Positions 25,680-38,767 of a stretch of DNA of 64,000 bases are shown in pieces. The translations under genes and the position numbers were made by a program. The stretch is from Ramazzottius varieornatus (lineage: Eukaryota > Animalia > Tardigrada). Below the pieces are notes generated by a model. That model had not been told where the DNA came from, did not search any database, and saw nothing but the letters and a program-made list of their open reading frames with translations. The DNA lies in assembly GCA_001949185.1 (NCBI GenBank), contig BDGG01000017.1, forward strand, positions 682,001 to 746,000. The letters run 5' to 3'. Each line of letters begins with the position of its first letter. The first letter of the stretch is position 1.

Positions 25680-26334
25680 ACTGCCGTCCAGCCTATACAG
25701 TGCATCACAGCCGACATACACTATACCGCATGTGCTGCTGTCACGGCGATAGTTTCGCCACTCTTCTTCTTCTTTTTCTTCAGCATCTGCCGCATATCCA
25801 CACGTTGACAACAATGCACGATGATCGTTTCAGCCTCACGATAGCCTTGGGCCAGTCTTGAACTTGATAACCTGAGTAACCGCTCCGTACAGTTTGTGCC
25901 GCACCTCGTAACACCTTGATACACCGCAGATCACTGGTCAAAGTAAGGACGGATCAATGGGAAGAAGAAGTGGGTTACCAATTTTACAGTTCGTCCAGAG
26001 TCCAGAATCCACAGCGGAAATCAGAATAATTTGGAGGAGGCATAATTATATATACATAGTATTATGGAAGGTTGAAAACAAAAGAAGAGTGGGCGGCATG
26101 CTGCAGCAACTGTCCAATGACAGTACGCCTCAGTTAACAGTAAAATTGCATGTCGATTGATTTTGGATTAATTGCCTGCACCACTGATGTTGGAGTTTTC
26201 TTCGATGCATAATCATTATGGGATCGTCTTCCGAGAATGTTGGTGTCGATTGCTAACAGCGTGACTGTCGGACAATCCGGAGTGGGGATCAGCCGTAGCA
26301 GCAGGACGAGGAAAGAATAGCATCAAGGCTGAAG

Positions 26335-27811
26335 ATGGCTGCAGCAGATGACGGCGACATGAAGATGAAGGCAACCGATCCGACCATCCGCAACCTGCTA
26401 GAGCAAACTTCTCTGCGCTGGATCTTTGTCGGGGGTAAAGGCGGCGTGGGCAAAACCACCTGCAGGTATGGCGGCGAATGGCTGGGCTAACTTGAGAGCC
26501 GGCGCGTCTGTTGGAGTGGGACTTGTGCCTGCATATAATTATGTGGCTTACCTTTCTGTAATTCTGTTGTAGTTGCTCTCTAGCTGTCCTAATGGCCAAG
26601 CACCGGCAGAGTGTCCTCCTCATCTCCACCGACCCTGCTCACAACGTCTCCGATGCTTTCAGGCAAAAGTTTACAAAGTACCCGACACTGGTGGCGGGCT
26701 TTACCAACCTTCACGCCATGGTAAATCCTTTCCCGATTGAGTAAATGGCTATCATACGATACTGTACTCTGCAGGAGATTGATCCACAAGTACAGAACAA
26801 GACGGAAGAGATTGAGGATATGCCCATTAACGATGAAGACGGTAAAGTGTCCTTTGCAATGTATGTAAAGTGTGGTGGAGTATCGACATGTCGATGTCTG
26901 GCTATGTGTATATATATGTATATAGACTTGTGGAACGTCGGTCGGAAAATGGTGGTGGACATTACCAACTCCCTGCCGGGTATCGACGAAGCCATGAGTT
27001 ACGCGGAGGTGATGAAGTGAGTCGGCCTTCTCCTGGTCTGTAACCATTGCTGTGACAGTGAAGTGTGGTGGTTGATAGGCTGGTGCAGAGTTTGAACTTT
27101 AGCGTAGTCATCTTCGACACGGCGCCCACCGGTCACACTCTGCGCCTGCTAGCCTTCCCCGAAGTCTTTGAGCAAGGACTGAGCAAGATGGTCAAGTTGA
27201 AGAACAAGATTGGCCCCATCTTCTCCCAGATGTCCAGCATGATGGGCTTGGGGCAGGGCCCTTCCGACTACGACCACATATCCAAGAAGCTGGACGACCT
27301 ACTGCCCACCATCCGCACCATCAACCAGCAATTCCACAACCCCGAAATGACCACCTTTGTTGGCGTCTGTATCGCCGAGTTCCTCTCCCTCTTTGAAACG
27401 GAACGCCTAGGTACGCCTTTCTTCCACTGTACCCTATAGCCTCTGGTCTTCCATGCCGATGTCTTTCTCTTTGCAGTGCAAACGCTGGCTAAACACGGCA
27501 TCGACATCCACAACATCATTGTCAACCAATTGGTCTATCCTCTGGCGCATCATCCTTGTCCACTTTGCCAATCACGGAAGAAACTGCAACAAAAGTATCT
27601 ACAGCAAGTAAGGTCCCTCCACCACGACTCTTTTGCCAGAGAATAGTGTGCATATCTGCTGTATGCTTTTCATTGCCTGTTGCAGATCGAGAATTTGTAT
27701 GAGGACTTTAACGTGGTAAAGATACCTCTTCTGCAAGATGAAGTCCGCGGTAAAGAAGCCCTGGAAGCCTTCTCAGAAATGCTGGTAACACCTTACCGTC
27801 CCTCGTCGTAA
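26335..27811 (+). CDS. ASNA1: ATPase ASNA1/GET3/TRC40 (tail-anchored protein insertion), multi-exon
   Basis: [18 protein letters not shown] (deviant Walker A), [64 protein letters not shown] zinc motif. Stop TAA at 27809-27811. Confidence 0.96.
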
Positions 27812-28317
27812 GGTAACCCTCTTTTTGACTAGTCGTTACCCCCCGGGTAGGGCCTTTTTAACATTCTCATCTGCCTTTTTAAAATCCCGCTTTCAGCGAG
27901 CATCTTTTTAACTGCAGCCTACTTCCGGTTGGCTCTTACCGTTTCAACACTTGCACCACTTGAGATGCCTGCCTGACTAGAGACTGCACATATATGTATC
28001 AGTTTCGATATCGTTAGACGAAGAAAACAATGGCAAAGATGGATAGAAAGAAGAACTAAGATGATAAAATGACGGAGCTCATATTCGATCGAAAGATGGT
28101 TAGCTAGAAAGAGCAGTGAAGTGAGCGGCTGCGAGCCTCGTTCATATCAAGACAGTGCTGCAGGAGAGGATCCGATAAAGGATCGACAGTCCGCCGTGAA
28201 ACATCGGCTCTTGACTTGCCCTGTGAGAAGGCACAGCCACCCTCAAAGTCCCGCTGTCCTCCTGAGGCTCCTCCAGCTGCCATCCTGGGGATGCTTCTCC
28301 CTCTGCCAGGCAGGGAG

Positions 28318-30577
28318 TCATGGCTGGAAGTGCCAGAGTGGGCTCGCTTCTCGCCATGTCCTCTGCCATGAGGCGGGCCTTTGTGGCCATGGCCGGCCGG
28401 CCGGCCGGTAGTGGGCAGGGGGAATGTCGGCATCGCTGCTCTGGTACCTGGCCTGCTCCTTGGCCCGTGACAGCGCATGCTTCAGCTCGACGTACTTGCC
28501 TTCATAGGTTCGAATAGCTTCATAGAAGGAGATAAGCTCCTCCTGACGACTGTTTTGCTTCTTCAAGGCTTCATACTCTTCGCTCAGGCCTTTCAGCTCC
28601 TTAAAAGTCCCCTGTGCCGCCATTTCCGCTAAGCCAAGTACAACAGTAGCCATTACTCGGTTTTGTCATGTTTGACTAGTCACGACATACCTTCTTTCAG
28701 TCTTCCTTTTGCGCCTTTAATTTCCTGGCATAGAGCTCGAAGTCGCGCAACATTTTCTGTCAAGAGTATGACTACATTAGTAAAGGAAAAATGTGTCGTC
28801 TTCTTCTGACCATTATAGCCTATCGTACCTTGGCGCTTTTGGGAACTGGCCACAATCTGGGCCTTGATGTCGCGAATCTTGGCATCAGTCTGGTTCTGCA
28901 ACTGGGCCAAGTCTTGCGCAAAGCTTTCGTCCATTTCCTGCTCTAGTCGTTGCTGTTGCTCAATTAAGACACTGAATTCTTTCATGGTTTCTTCTTTTTC
29001 CTTGAGCTGGCTTCTAGCCAGCTCAGTCTCCCGTTGCCGCATTTCAATGTCTCTCTCTCTTTCCCGTGTTTGCTTATCCAGCTGGCCAGCTTGATCTTCC
29101 AACTGTCTGATGTGGTCTTCTACTCCGCGCAACTGCTTGTCCTACAGAGAGAATAGGCCCGTTATATATGCAGCCGCCTCTGTCAGTAAGGTGGAAGTGA
29201 AGAGGGGGCGTCTATCTAACCAGGGTGCGCAGTTCTCGACTCATGGCTTCGTCTTCCAAGCGGTTGCTGGCTTCTTGCCGTCTCAGCTTCTCCTCGGCAC
29301 TAGCCAGGGCGCACTTGGCCCGTTCTTGCAGCTGCTGGTTGCTCTGGCTGATCTGCTTAATTTCCGCCTCCATCATGTCGTTCTCGGCCTTCAAGTGTTG
29401 CACTTCCTGCCGGTACTGCATCAAGGTAGCCTCATGGGGATTACATCGGTCGTAGCTGGACAACTGCCGCTCCAGCTCCTCCAATTCTTCCCGATGCTGG
29501 TTGATCTACCGTAGGCAAAGAAGCAGGCGTCAATCGGATACGTATAATATGACTGTGATGTTATGGGGGGTATAGTCATGAGGATGTAGTGGAACTGGAC
29601 TTACCAACGGAATTTACCTGCTGATTCTTCTCTTCCAGCTCTTTGCCATAGGTGCATTCGGACAAGGCCAGTTCCTTCTCGGCCTGTGACTTGTGACGAA
29701 GATAGTCGCCTTCGGCCTGAGCGATGGAGTACTCGAGGCTGTTCAGGCTCTTTTGCACTTCTTGAGCTTCCAGTGACAAGGCAGCGTCTTCGGCCACCAA
29801 GTCCTTCACCTGCTGCTCCATCTCTTTCGTTTCCACTTGAATCTGCTAACAGCTAGAACGTTATGCGATCAAGAAAGTGATGCATGATGATACTTGCGCT
29901 ATCGTACCTGCTGATGATAAGCTTGAGCTTGGGCCATTTGGTTCTCCATGGAGGAGATGGCTTTGTTGGTCCGTTGGATTTCCTGCTCCAGAGCGGCCAG
30001 TTCGCTGCTGGTCTTGCTAGCCTCCACAGCCACATCCTTCTCAAAGTTTATCCGTTCATCCTGCTTCTTCTTCAGCTGAAAGACCAGACCGACATGGTTA
30101 AACTTAATTCAGTCTTTAATCCACAAGTTCAAAACATAATTAAGCGTTACTTTACCTCAACTTTGTAATTGTTGCGAATTTCTGTCAACTTGTTCCACAA
30201 ACGAAGAGAGGCCTGAAAACTCCACAACCTTATTTTTTGCTGTGGTAAAACAATGATGAAATGACAGACAGAAGAGGACTGTTGAGGTGCTGTACCTCCA
30301 TGTGCTTTGATACTGCAGCATCAGGGTCATCGCTGTTAGGGACTGTGTTGACTTCCTTGTCGAGGCTAGCCAGCTCCTCGTCTATCATCTTCTGCAATTC
30401 GGCATCCAGTGCCTGTACCATAGACTTTTTGGGCCGGCATTGGTCCAGCGTCATCTTTCTCTCCATCATGCCCCACATGTCCTTCTGTGGGCTTCCACCC
30501 GTCATTAGCGCAGGAAAGTATGCGGAGGAAGGCAACAGCGAGGCCTTCTCACAGGCAAACTCCTTGTCCCAGCTCAT
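28318..30577 (-). CDS. Long coiled-coil protein of unknown identity, multi-exon; both ends uncertain
   Basis: A series of E/Q/K/L-rich heptad exons (28318-28612, 28827-29140, 29222-29507, 29616-29845, 29907-30075, 30293-30577 approx.) flanked by GT-AG sites. No family motif recognised. Confidence 0.7.
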
Positions 30578-31245
30578 TCTGTCCGCCAAATAAAAGATGG
30601 TCAACTAGCTCAAGAACTAGCCCGGTGTCAACTAGCCCAGTGTCAGTCCGGGTGCCAATAGAGTCAACAGGCTTTCCCGGACGTCGCATAATACTCGCTC
30701 TTTTCAGCCGTGGAGCATTATTGTGCAACTAACCATCTCTGCCGCTTGCTTCCGAATACGGAGCTTAACAGATATCAGAAAGCACCTTATGCACGTACCA
30801 TCAACAGCAGACTGTGGTAGCTGCAACGGACAATGTGGGTTCAGCCAACAGAGAGTCCTATTTTCCTGCAGGTTAGCTGCTAGGTTACCTGCAAAACTCC
30901 AAAAGGACCTTTGAACTACAACTGAACAGGGAAAGAAACGGTGACTTTATTGACGGAAACTTTGGACCAGGACAAGTTCATCAACTGTCAAAACGCGGTA
31001 AAAAAAGTGGCGGTCATTTGTTTCGAACATGGATGAAAGTGAGAGCGAGGTTAATAAAAAAGAAACATGGACTATAGCGCTAATGAAAGGACCGTACTGT
31101 GGTATCGGTTGTCGACATCACCTTCGTCTGTATGCAGAAATGGCTGGCAGCGTCTGCAAGCAAAAGTTGAGCTATGTAAGGGAGTGACTGAGCACAAGTG
31201 GCAGGGCGAGGTACCGGTAGAAAAAAGCGAAAGGAAGGTGCTGCC

Positions 31246-34200
31246 TCAAGAAGAGTTGGCGGTGGTGGTGGGCGCAGAAGAAGCTTGTGGCAAATTGTAC
31301 TTGACATAGGGCACTTCGACATCTTCGCCCTGCAGGTCGTTACAGCAGACTTCAAAGACCAAACTCTTGACATGGGGCTCGACCTTGCGCTTGCTGATCT
31401 TGCGGACCAGCTCGGTCATCTTCCAGCCCATCCGTTCTTGAGCCTTGTCCTTGGGCAGGAAGAAGGAGTAGAGCATGGAGACGCCCTGGCTGAGCATGGT
31501 CACTTCCAGCTGGTGTTGGCGCTTGAAGTAGGCCAGAAAGTCGGCCAGCGTCATGTCGCCCTGCACCTCGAAGCGATCCCACAGGGTCCACTCCTTGTCA
31601 CCGTACTTGTTCTTGGGGGCTGGCATGGGCTCGCTAAAGCCAAAGTAGGGCAGCGCCAGGTTGACAAAGGAATTCTTGTGCTGCTCCAACGACTTGTGTC
31701 CTGCAACCAGCCCTCACACATGACCTTACGTCCCACTTCTGGCTACCACTTTGTGGCCGTGCAAAGGACAGCTTCAGAACAATGGCTCGTCAAGTTGCTC
31801 ATGCAGCCATGTTACATGCTCAGCATGCCAGGTATATGCAGCTGCTTGACAGAGGCCGAGGACTATATCGTAAGGCAATGTCTAGGCGGCAGCCACCATA
31901 CGACTATCTTACGGGAAAGAAAGCGGGCCACATACCTTGGAGCAGCTTGTACAGTTCCAGACAAACCAGGCCGACAACGAGGGAAGTGGTGGTGGCGATG
32001 GCGGGGATGATCTTGCCGGCAATGAGCTTGGACTTGTGCCGGTCAGCCGGGGCAATGTCGTAGTTTTCGGCCCGCAAGTTAGAGGTGGCCACGATAAAGT
32101 CCATGTGGAAGTTGCTGTCGTCGTCCTTCTCAAACTCGATAGCCTTCATGCGAAAGCCTGCAAGACATACATTTGGCTGGCCATAGTAGATGGTAGTATG
32201 TATAATATAGTGTGTGCCCCGAGGTACCTTTGAGGGCGGCGGGCGGTGGCAGGCTGTGCAGCATGTCGCTGAGGGTCTGGTTGTCCTGATCCTGCAGGGA
32301 ATGGCCAGCATCGCTACTCTGCTGTGTCTGTTCGGCTTCGGTGGTGGCAATCTTCAGGCCTTGCTTGGGCTGGAAGGGCGGCAGATGGATGGCCGCCGCC
32401 ATGTCGTGCACTTCCGACGGCGACAGGTTACGGGCTAGACCGTACATTTCCGCCTTCAAGCTGGCCAGCGCAATGATAAAGCCCAAGTGCATGGCGTTGT
32501 CGGCGTTAAACGTCACTACAACCAACAGCAAGCCTTTATACTGCATCAACGGCAATAAGAATATAATTATATGGCTAGTAAGGCCACCTACGAGCATGGG
32601 GACAGCGTTTAGGACCGGACCAAAAAGGTGTGCCGGAGGTGGTCATTTGGTCCTTGGGGAAGTTGTACAGTAGCTGCAAGATTTGGTTGACAAACAAGTC
32701 TTCAAAGTGTTGGCGCGCCAGCAGGACGCAGTCGGCGAAACTCTTGGGCTTCTCCTCGACCAGACACTTTTTCAGCAGCTCAACCATCTCCAAGGGCTGC
32801 GCTCCCGGTAGCTTCAGCACATGCTCCCCTATGTACTTGGGGTCTTCCAGATACCTAGCCAAGACGCAGGGGACAGCGCTATAGCCACAGTTAAGCGGGG
32901 CCACATGACAAGAAGGGACAAACAAACTAACCGGTTAACATGGCCGGCCGGGGCGTTGAAGAGGCCCTCAAACAAGTCGCGGGCCCACTGTAGCGTGTGC
33001 TCAATAGCGTTGGGAAAGTTCTTCAGTGTACAGATGGGGATGGACTTTTCCGGCGGATCTTGCGACGAGGAGTAGCTTTCCGTCAAGTGAGGGATGACCA
33101 CTTGGACGTTGCCCTTCGTTCCCAGCGTACCTGCAGAAACAAATCTCTCATGCACCGACTAGCATACAGCGACCATGCCCGCCACAATAAGCCAGAGTCT
33201 GTACGCAGGTGCCTGACATGCCTCCCCCCTACAGCTTCTCCTGACCAGCCATATGATGGAGAGCTAGCCTACCTGACTCCAGCAGGGGTTTCTTGTAGAA
33301 GACACAGCGGCGGTCCATATACATGCGGGCATCGACATTGTCCAGGGCGTTGGCCACGCCGTCCAGCCCTTCAAAGAAGGTGTCGTCGTAGACTTTTTCC
33401 GTGTCGGGACCGACACGGTTCTGGTGGGAGATAATGTTCAGCTGGGGATTCATGGCTTTGGCGGCGGCGGCAGCCACGTCCGACTTGATGCGTTGCACGT
33501 CCTGCGGACGGAAGAGAAACTGACGGTTCAAGTTGGACTTTTCAATGGTGTCCATGTCCGTGATGATGATCCGACCCTACAATAGAGGCTAGCCACCATT
33601 TAACACCGCAAGTCTGCTGGCTGATCTATACCCTTCATTTGTATTTACCGTATCTTCGTTTTGTCCTGAGTGCGATCATGCATACCTGCGGGGAACAGCC
33701 CAGGCCCATCATGGCGAAATTCTTGAGGAGTTCACAGCCGATGGCGCCGGAACCGACGACAAACCACTTGGAGGATTGCAGCTTGTGGACAAAGGCCTTG
33801 CCAAAGACGTGGTACTGGCCATCATAGCGCGAATTGTGGGCTTGGGCCTCTTCTTCGCTGATGACGAGGTTGGCGCCATTGGGGGCTGCTTCAGCAGAGG
33901 CTGCCGCTTGGCTAGTGGGCAGACACTCGAAGGCGTCAAAGTACAAAAACTGAAAGACGGGATGAAACTTGCCCGAGCAAGCCTTCAGCACTTCCTGGGC
34001 CGCAATGGAGCCCATCACCGACTGCATGGGACAGAGGTCGCCGCGACAAGTCCGGCTGACCGTCGTCAGCACAGCCTCGTCCAGCGCTTCCAAGCCACCT
34101 AAGGCTTCCTACAATTAACGGACAACCATAGTCAGCTTCTATCATGGTCGACAGGCCCTTCCGTTCCAGTTCCCACCTGTGATAAGCGACCCTTGACAGC

Positions 34201-35636
34201 CTGACAAAGGGCCACAAAGTTTAGGGCATCCTGCTGGTTGTGTGGCCGTGGGCTTTGGCCCTTGTGTTGCGCCCGGAAGTCGTCCAGCGCCATAGCGGCC
34301 AGATGCAACTGCTGGGGACGGCCCCACTTGGCAATGTCCATCTCGACAAAGGTGGGCTGTAGGAGCGAGTCGCGCAGCGTCTTGAAGTGCAGATGCTTGG
34401 CCATCTTCACCTGCGTCACCACGCCGCCCCGCACATAGGGGCTGTAGTGTGTCGTGTCGCCGATGGCGAACGAGTAGGGATTAATATACTTGATGCGCAA
34501 TGGCTCGGCCAAATGGTTCAACTCTTCCATCCCTTGCACTTCTTGGAAGCTGCAAACAAGATTCAATCTGCATGAGGTATGTGGCACGGAGGGCATCTAC
34601 AGCGCCTTACGTGACACAATCACCATCCTCCAGCCCATGACGAGCTTCGTCGGCGGCCGTCACCACTCCCTTCTCGTCGTGGGTAATCAGCGAGACCATG
34701 CAGGAGATGGGCGGCTCGCCGTTGCAGTCCAAGACGGTAAAGTCCGGCCCAAAGTCGCAAAAGAGCTGCCCCACCAAGCCAAAGGTTTTGCACAACAAAA
34801 AGTGGCCATTGTTCTGGCGACAAATGTCGTTGATGACCATCGACTCGGCCAGGCTGCCTTCCGTCATGACCACCACTTGGAACTGACTGAGAAAGTCCCG
34901 GCTCAACTGGCCGCGGTAGCTGGTGACGTCGACGTACATGTTCAGCTCGGCCAAGCGCGGACGACACACATCGACTCGACTCTTGCCCACGTCTTCCTCC
35001 CGTAGAAAGAACTGCGAAGCCAAATCGCCCATCTCCACATTACCTATAGCCAACCATGGACGGTACTTGGTACACAGTTAAGAAGCAGTCAGAGCGCAAA
35101 GGACAGACCATACCTTGGTCGTGGAGACAGACACTCTTGACACCACCCAAGATGATATTCTTGGCAATCTCCACGCCCAAACCTTTCAGGCCGGAAATGA
35201 GGATGCTGGTGGCGGCCATCCGTCGCATGGCTTCGTGACCCAGGACGTACAGCTGCCGCGAGTACAAGCCCTCGTCAATCTGCACTTCGTTGCAGTCACC
35301 CTGGTTGTGGCCATTAGTCTGGCCCACCGCCGTCATGCCGTGCGAGGCCGCGCGGACGGCCGGCTCTTCGTCAGCATGCTCCATGCCGTTGCGCGTCGAG
35401 GAATCCATGGCTATGCCCTCGCTCTGATGCGGAGGATGATTACCTTGAATATCACAAGAGACCAGAGCGTGGACAATGTCACCGTTGCTGTTGCTGACAG
35501 CGGAAGTAGCAGATGAGTTCGTTACAACAGTAGCAGCAGCAGCACAGTCAGAAGAAGAGGGATTGCGGCGTGGCTTCTTGGCAGGCGGACCTTCAAGCTC
35601 CTTTTCAGGCTGCTGATCGCCCAGATTGGTTGACAT
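31246..35636 (-). CDS. UBA1: Ubiquitin-activating enzyme E1, multi-exon
   Basis: [50 protein letters not shown] (ATP-binding), [15 protein letters not shown], catalytic [46 protein letters not shown] and a C-terminal UFD ending [10 protein letters not shown]. Confidence 0.97.
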
Positions 35637-36745
35637 CGATAACTCTCCTACAACAAGGCAGACATACACTGCCTCCTTTCCTCCTGTCCAAGCTACACAT
35701 CCCAGTTACATGACAACCCATGCTGCAAACTGTAATAAAGGAATTAACAATGTTCGATAGCCATCATTTATTTCCAATTTTACTGTCATTGGTCGATTCT
35801 CCATGCAGGATTGCAGGTGCAAATGCGCCAACAGGTCAAATCAATGGCACACTGGGCAGCACACGCAGCGACCCCACCCTCTCATAAATCTCATCATCAT
35901 TTCGACAGCCTTGTACAAGTGTACCAAAAACTTAGCCGTCGATAATGGGAGTGACAATTAAACGAGAGCGTAATTATTCTGTGACCAATAACGGTTTTGA
36001 TTCGCCGCATGCGCAAGTTTCATTGGCCATTCCATCTGGCTCCTTCTAACACCCATTTTCGACGGTTAATTTTTTGGTACACTCTGTATTTTGTCCCTAT
36101 TTCTCCAAGAGTGCTGGGTTTGTCATGGGTTCTCATCCTCCGGAGAAGAGGAGGAATCTCCTAAACTTACGTTAAATCACGGTAAGAATGTCGGATAGAC
36201 CGTTCTTTTGTCGTGCCAGCTTGATCCGAAGTCCACTCAAGACAGCTCACAACGATCCTGGCGACTGACCAATCCTTCCTCTTTCCCGTTCACCTGCTCG
36301 ACAGAATCTGCTCCGGTCCGTGGAACTGTACCTAAACGGCAGCAGCAATTCAACTAGAGCAGAAAGTCACGCCAAAAATCTGTCTCGCACAGTCGCACTG
36401 ACAAGTGAAAATTTGCCCGAGAAAATTAGAAAATTGATATCGCCGAACAAACAAGTGGAGGTCCGGCTGGGGCGTCGGCACGGCCCTGACTGAGGGATGT
36501 TTGCATGTCTGATGAGTCACAATCGTTCGAACTTCGCTGGCTTTGACGACACAGTATGAGGTAATTTCCCCTGTGGCCTGTGGGTGTATGGACAGATCGC
36601 GATCAAGACATTCGTCGAGCAGATATTCCATATTCGATCGGAAGTGCGGAACAATAGTCAGTCTGCACTATAATGTTTGTGAGCTTGCGTAATCATTGGT
36701 TTTCTTTTGCAGGTGAGAGGGTCTCCATGATATTGCTCCGTCGCG

Positions 36746-37969
36746 ATGTCATCATCTGAATTATTCCTGCGTAACCACCGCTCCTTCTCTCATAAAGACG
36801 AATTTGGCTTTGATGATGGAGATCGTCGAGGCACCCGAGGCTTTCGGAGAGTCTTCGATCGCGATACTGTCTACTTACCTCTTAGAATTCCCGTCACTGT
36901 GGTGAGAAGAGAATCCTTGCCGGACCGTTCTCCCCACAATGGACAGTGGACGTCTTGGCAGAGACAAGAGAGATACAGAGCTGAAGATAGAGGGGATGAG
37001 TTGCATGCCCAAGCGGCAGTTCGTGGGAGGCATACGCGTGTGGTTGTGCGTGAGGTGCTGCAGCTGGTTGGCCATGGATATTCATATTCCAGACGGTGTA
37101 ATGCCACCTTCGTTCCGGCGCAAGTTAGACCGTCATTGACATTTGCCGAAGTTGAGCGCATCCTTTCTTGCTCTGACGCCAAAGTGAAAGAAGAGCGGTT
37201 GTCAACTTCGTTAACCTTTGCTGAAATTGAGCGTATTCTCAGCCAATCGAACATGGTAGAAGAAGAGCAAAACCCCGTGCAAGATGGTGCTGATACCGAT
37301 GGGCAGCCTTTACTGTGCAGGACCAACAGTGGGCAGGGATCTGCCGATCAAGGGGAGCCGCATGTGCAAGAACCAACTGATACGGATGCTCCGAAAGAGG
37401 ATGTTTCGCCCGCAACAAGTACCCTTCCGAAGGAGGATAAAGTGCTGAACCATGACGATACTGACCATGACCGAAGCAAAGAGGAGCAAGTCGAAGCCAG
37501 GATCACGAAGACGGTAAACGAGCTTGTCTTTGCCATAAAGAAGAACGTGACGGACGACTTGAAGCAGTTACAGAAGGCTCTGTCTGCTCCCCTGCCGGCC
37601 CGTCGAACCTCAGTTACCTCACGACTCAACTGTGGAATGATCCTGAAAGTGCCTGTCGAAGCCAAGGAAGAAGAAGGCCGACAAAGCAGCCCCATCTTTC
37701 GACGTCGAGCAGCCACCATGGCCTTCCACAGCAGTCCCATCACCGAGAGCAGTCCCATCACCGAGACGGAAGACACGATGAGCATCAGCAGTATAACCAG
37801 TGTCCGCTCGGGTAGGCGTACGCCTTTGGACAGCAGCAGCTTGGTCAACTTCCGTTCGCGTCTCAACAGCCTCCTGAGCCGCGACTCGCCTCGTAATCTC
37901 GCTGCCGTATACTCCATTAATAAACCAGCCCGTCGAAATACCATTTCTTTCGCCTACACTGTCCGTTAA
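36746..37969 (+). CDS. Orphan 407-aa largely disordered protein with internal repeat, single coding exon
   Basis: 1224-nt ORF downstream of a splice acceptor (ttttgcag at ~36712). Repeats SLTFAEVERILS/SLTFAEIERILS and SSPITE x2. Many RRxS/T motifs. Confidence 0.7.
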   Translation: MSSSELFLRNHRSFSHKDEFGFDDGDRRGTRGFRRVFDRDTVYLPLRIPVTVVRRESLPDRSPHNGQWTSWQRQERYRAEDRGDELHAQAAVRGRHTRVVVREVLQLVGHGYSYSRRCNATFVPAQVRPSLTFAEVERILSCSDAKVKEERLSTSLTFAEIERILSQSNMVEEEQNPVQDGADTDGQPLLCRTNSGQGSADQGEPHVQEPTDTDAPKEDVSPATSTLPKEDKVLNHDDTDHDRSKEEQVEARITKTVNELVFAIKKNVTDDLKQLQKALSAPLPARRTSVTSRLNCGMILKVPVEAKEEEGRQSSPIFRRRAATMAFHSSPITESSPITETEDTMSISSITSVRSGRRTPLDSSSLVNFRSRLNSLLSRDSPRNLAAVYSINKPARRNTISFAYTVR

Positions 37970-38767
37970 ACTCAGGTCCCCTTTGAGCCCATAGCCTTTC
38001 CATAACTGTCATGCTATTTCGTACTCGTTAAGTCTCGTTGACCAATGATTTGTTGCGCTGACCTGATCTAGATTGTATTCGAGGCCTTGATGTGGCATTT
38101 TCATTCAGAGTTTTATTGACTGACGGTGACTGTTGCTCTCTTGCCCTGTCTATAGTGGGGCTCTTCCAAGAATTCAGATCCGATTATTTTGAGCATTTCA
38201 GTCTTTCCGTATGGTATTTTTGGTGTAAGGATATCTTTCATGTCGAGGCTTCTTTGCAGAAAAAGAAGACGCGGGTGCAAAGGGTCTACTTGCTGCGGCA
38301 TGGTAGGTCGGGGTTATGGCTTCTGGCCGTTTGGCTGGGGGAGTTCTGTCCAACTTGTAACCCGCAGCAAGTTTACACAATCGGAACTCGGAAGTGTCAG
38401 ATGACTTAGCCTGAATGTTGTTCCACAACAGCCGCTAACAGCTCATAATTTAAAACAGACTGCCTGCGCAAAAGCTGCTCATCACACAGTGTAGGAGAAG
38501 TCTAAACAGATCACCGTAGTACATGACGCCTCCAAAGTTGAAATCAGACTAGACAACAAAACTGACAGGATGCGCCGCTTAATTAACGCATCAAGTAGTG
38601 TATACCGTCGCTGTGCGCATCCATGCATACTACCGTACAATCGATACAAATCGAACAAGCTGGCACCTAGGGAGCCAGAGCAGCAAAGAAGCCAGTGAAT
38701 GTAGCGCTGTACAGAGCAGAGCAACTAAAGCAAGAGCAGACGATTAACTAAGATGCTTGCCGCTGTT

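Noticed and set aside
31198-35516. + strand ORFs overlapping UBA1
   Set aside because: Antisense shadows of UBA1 exons.
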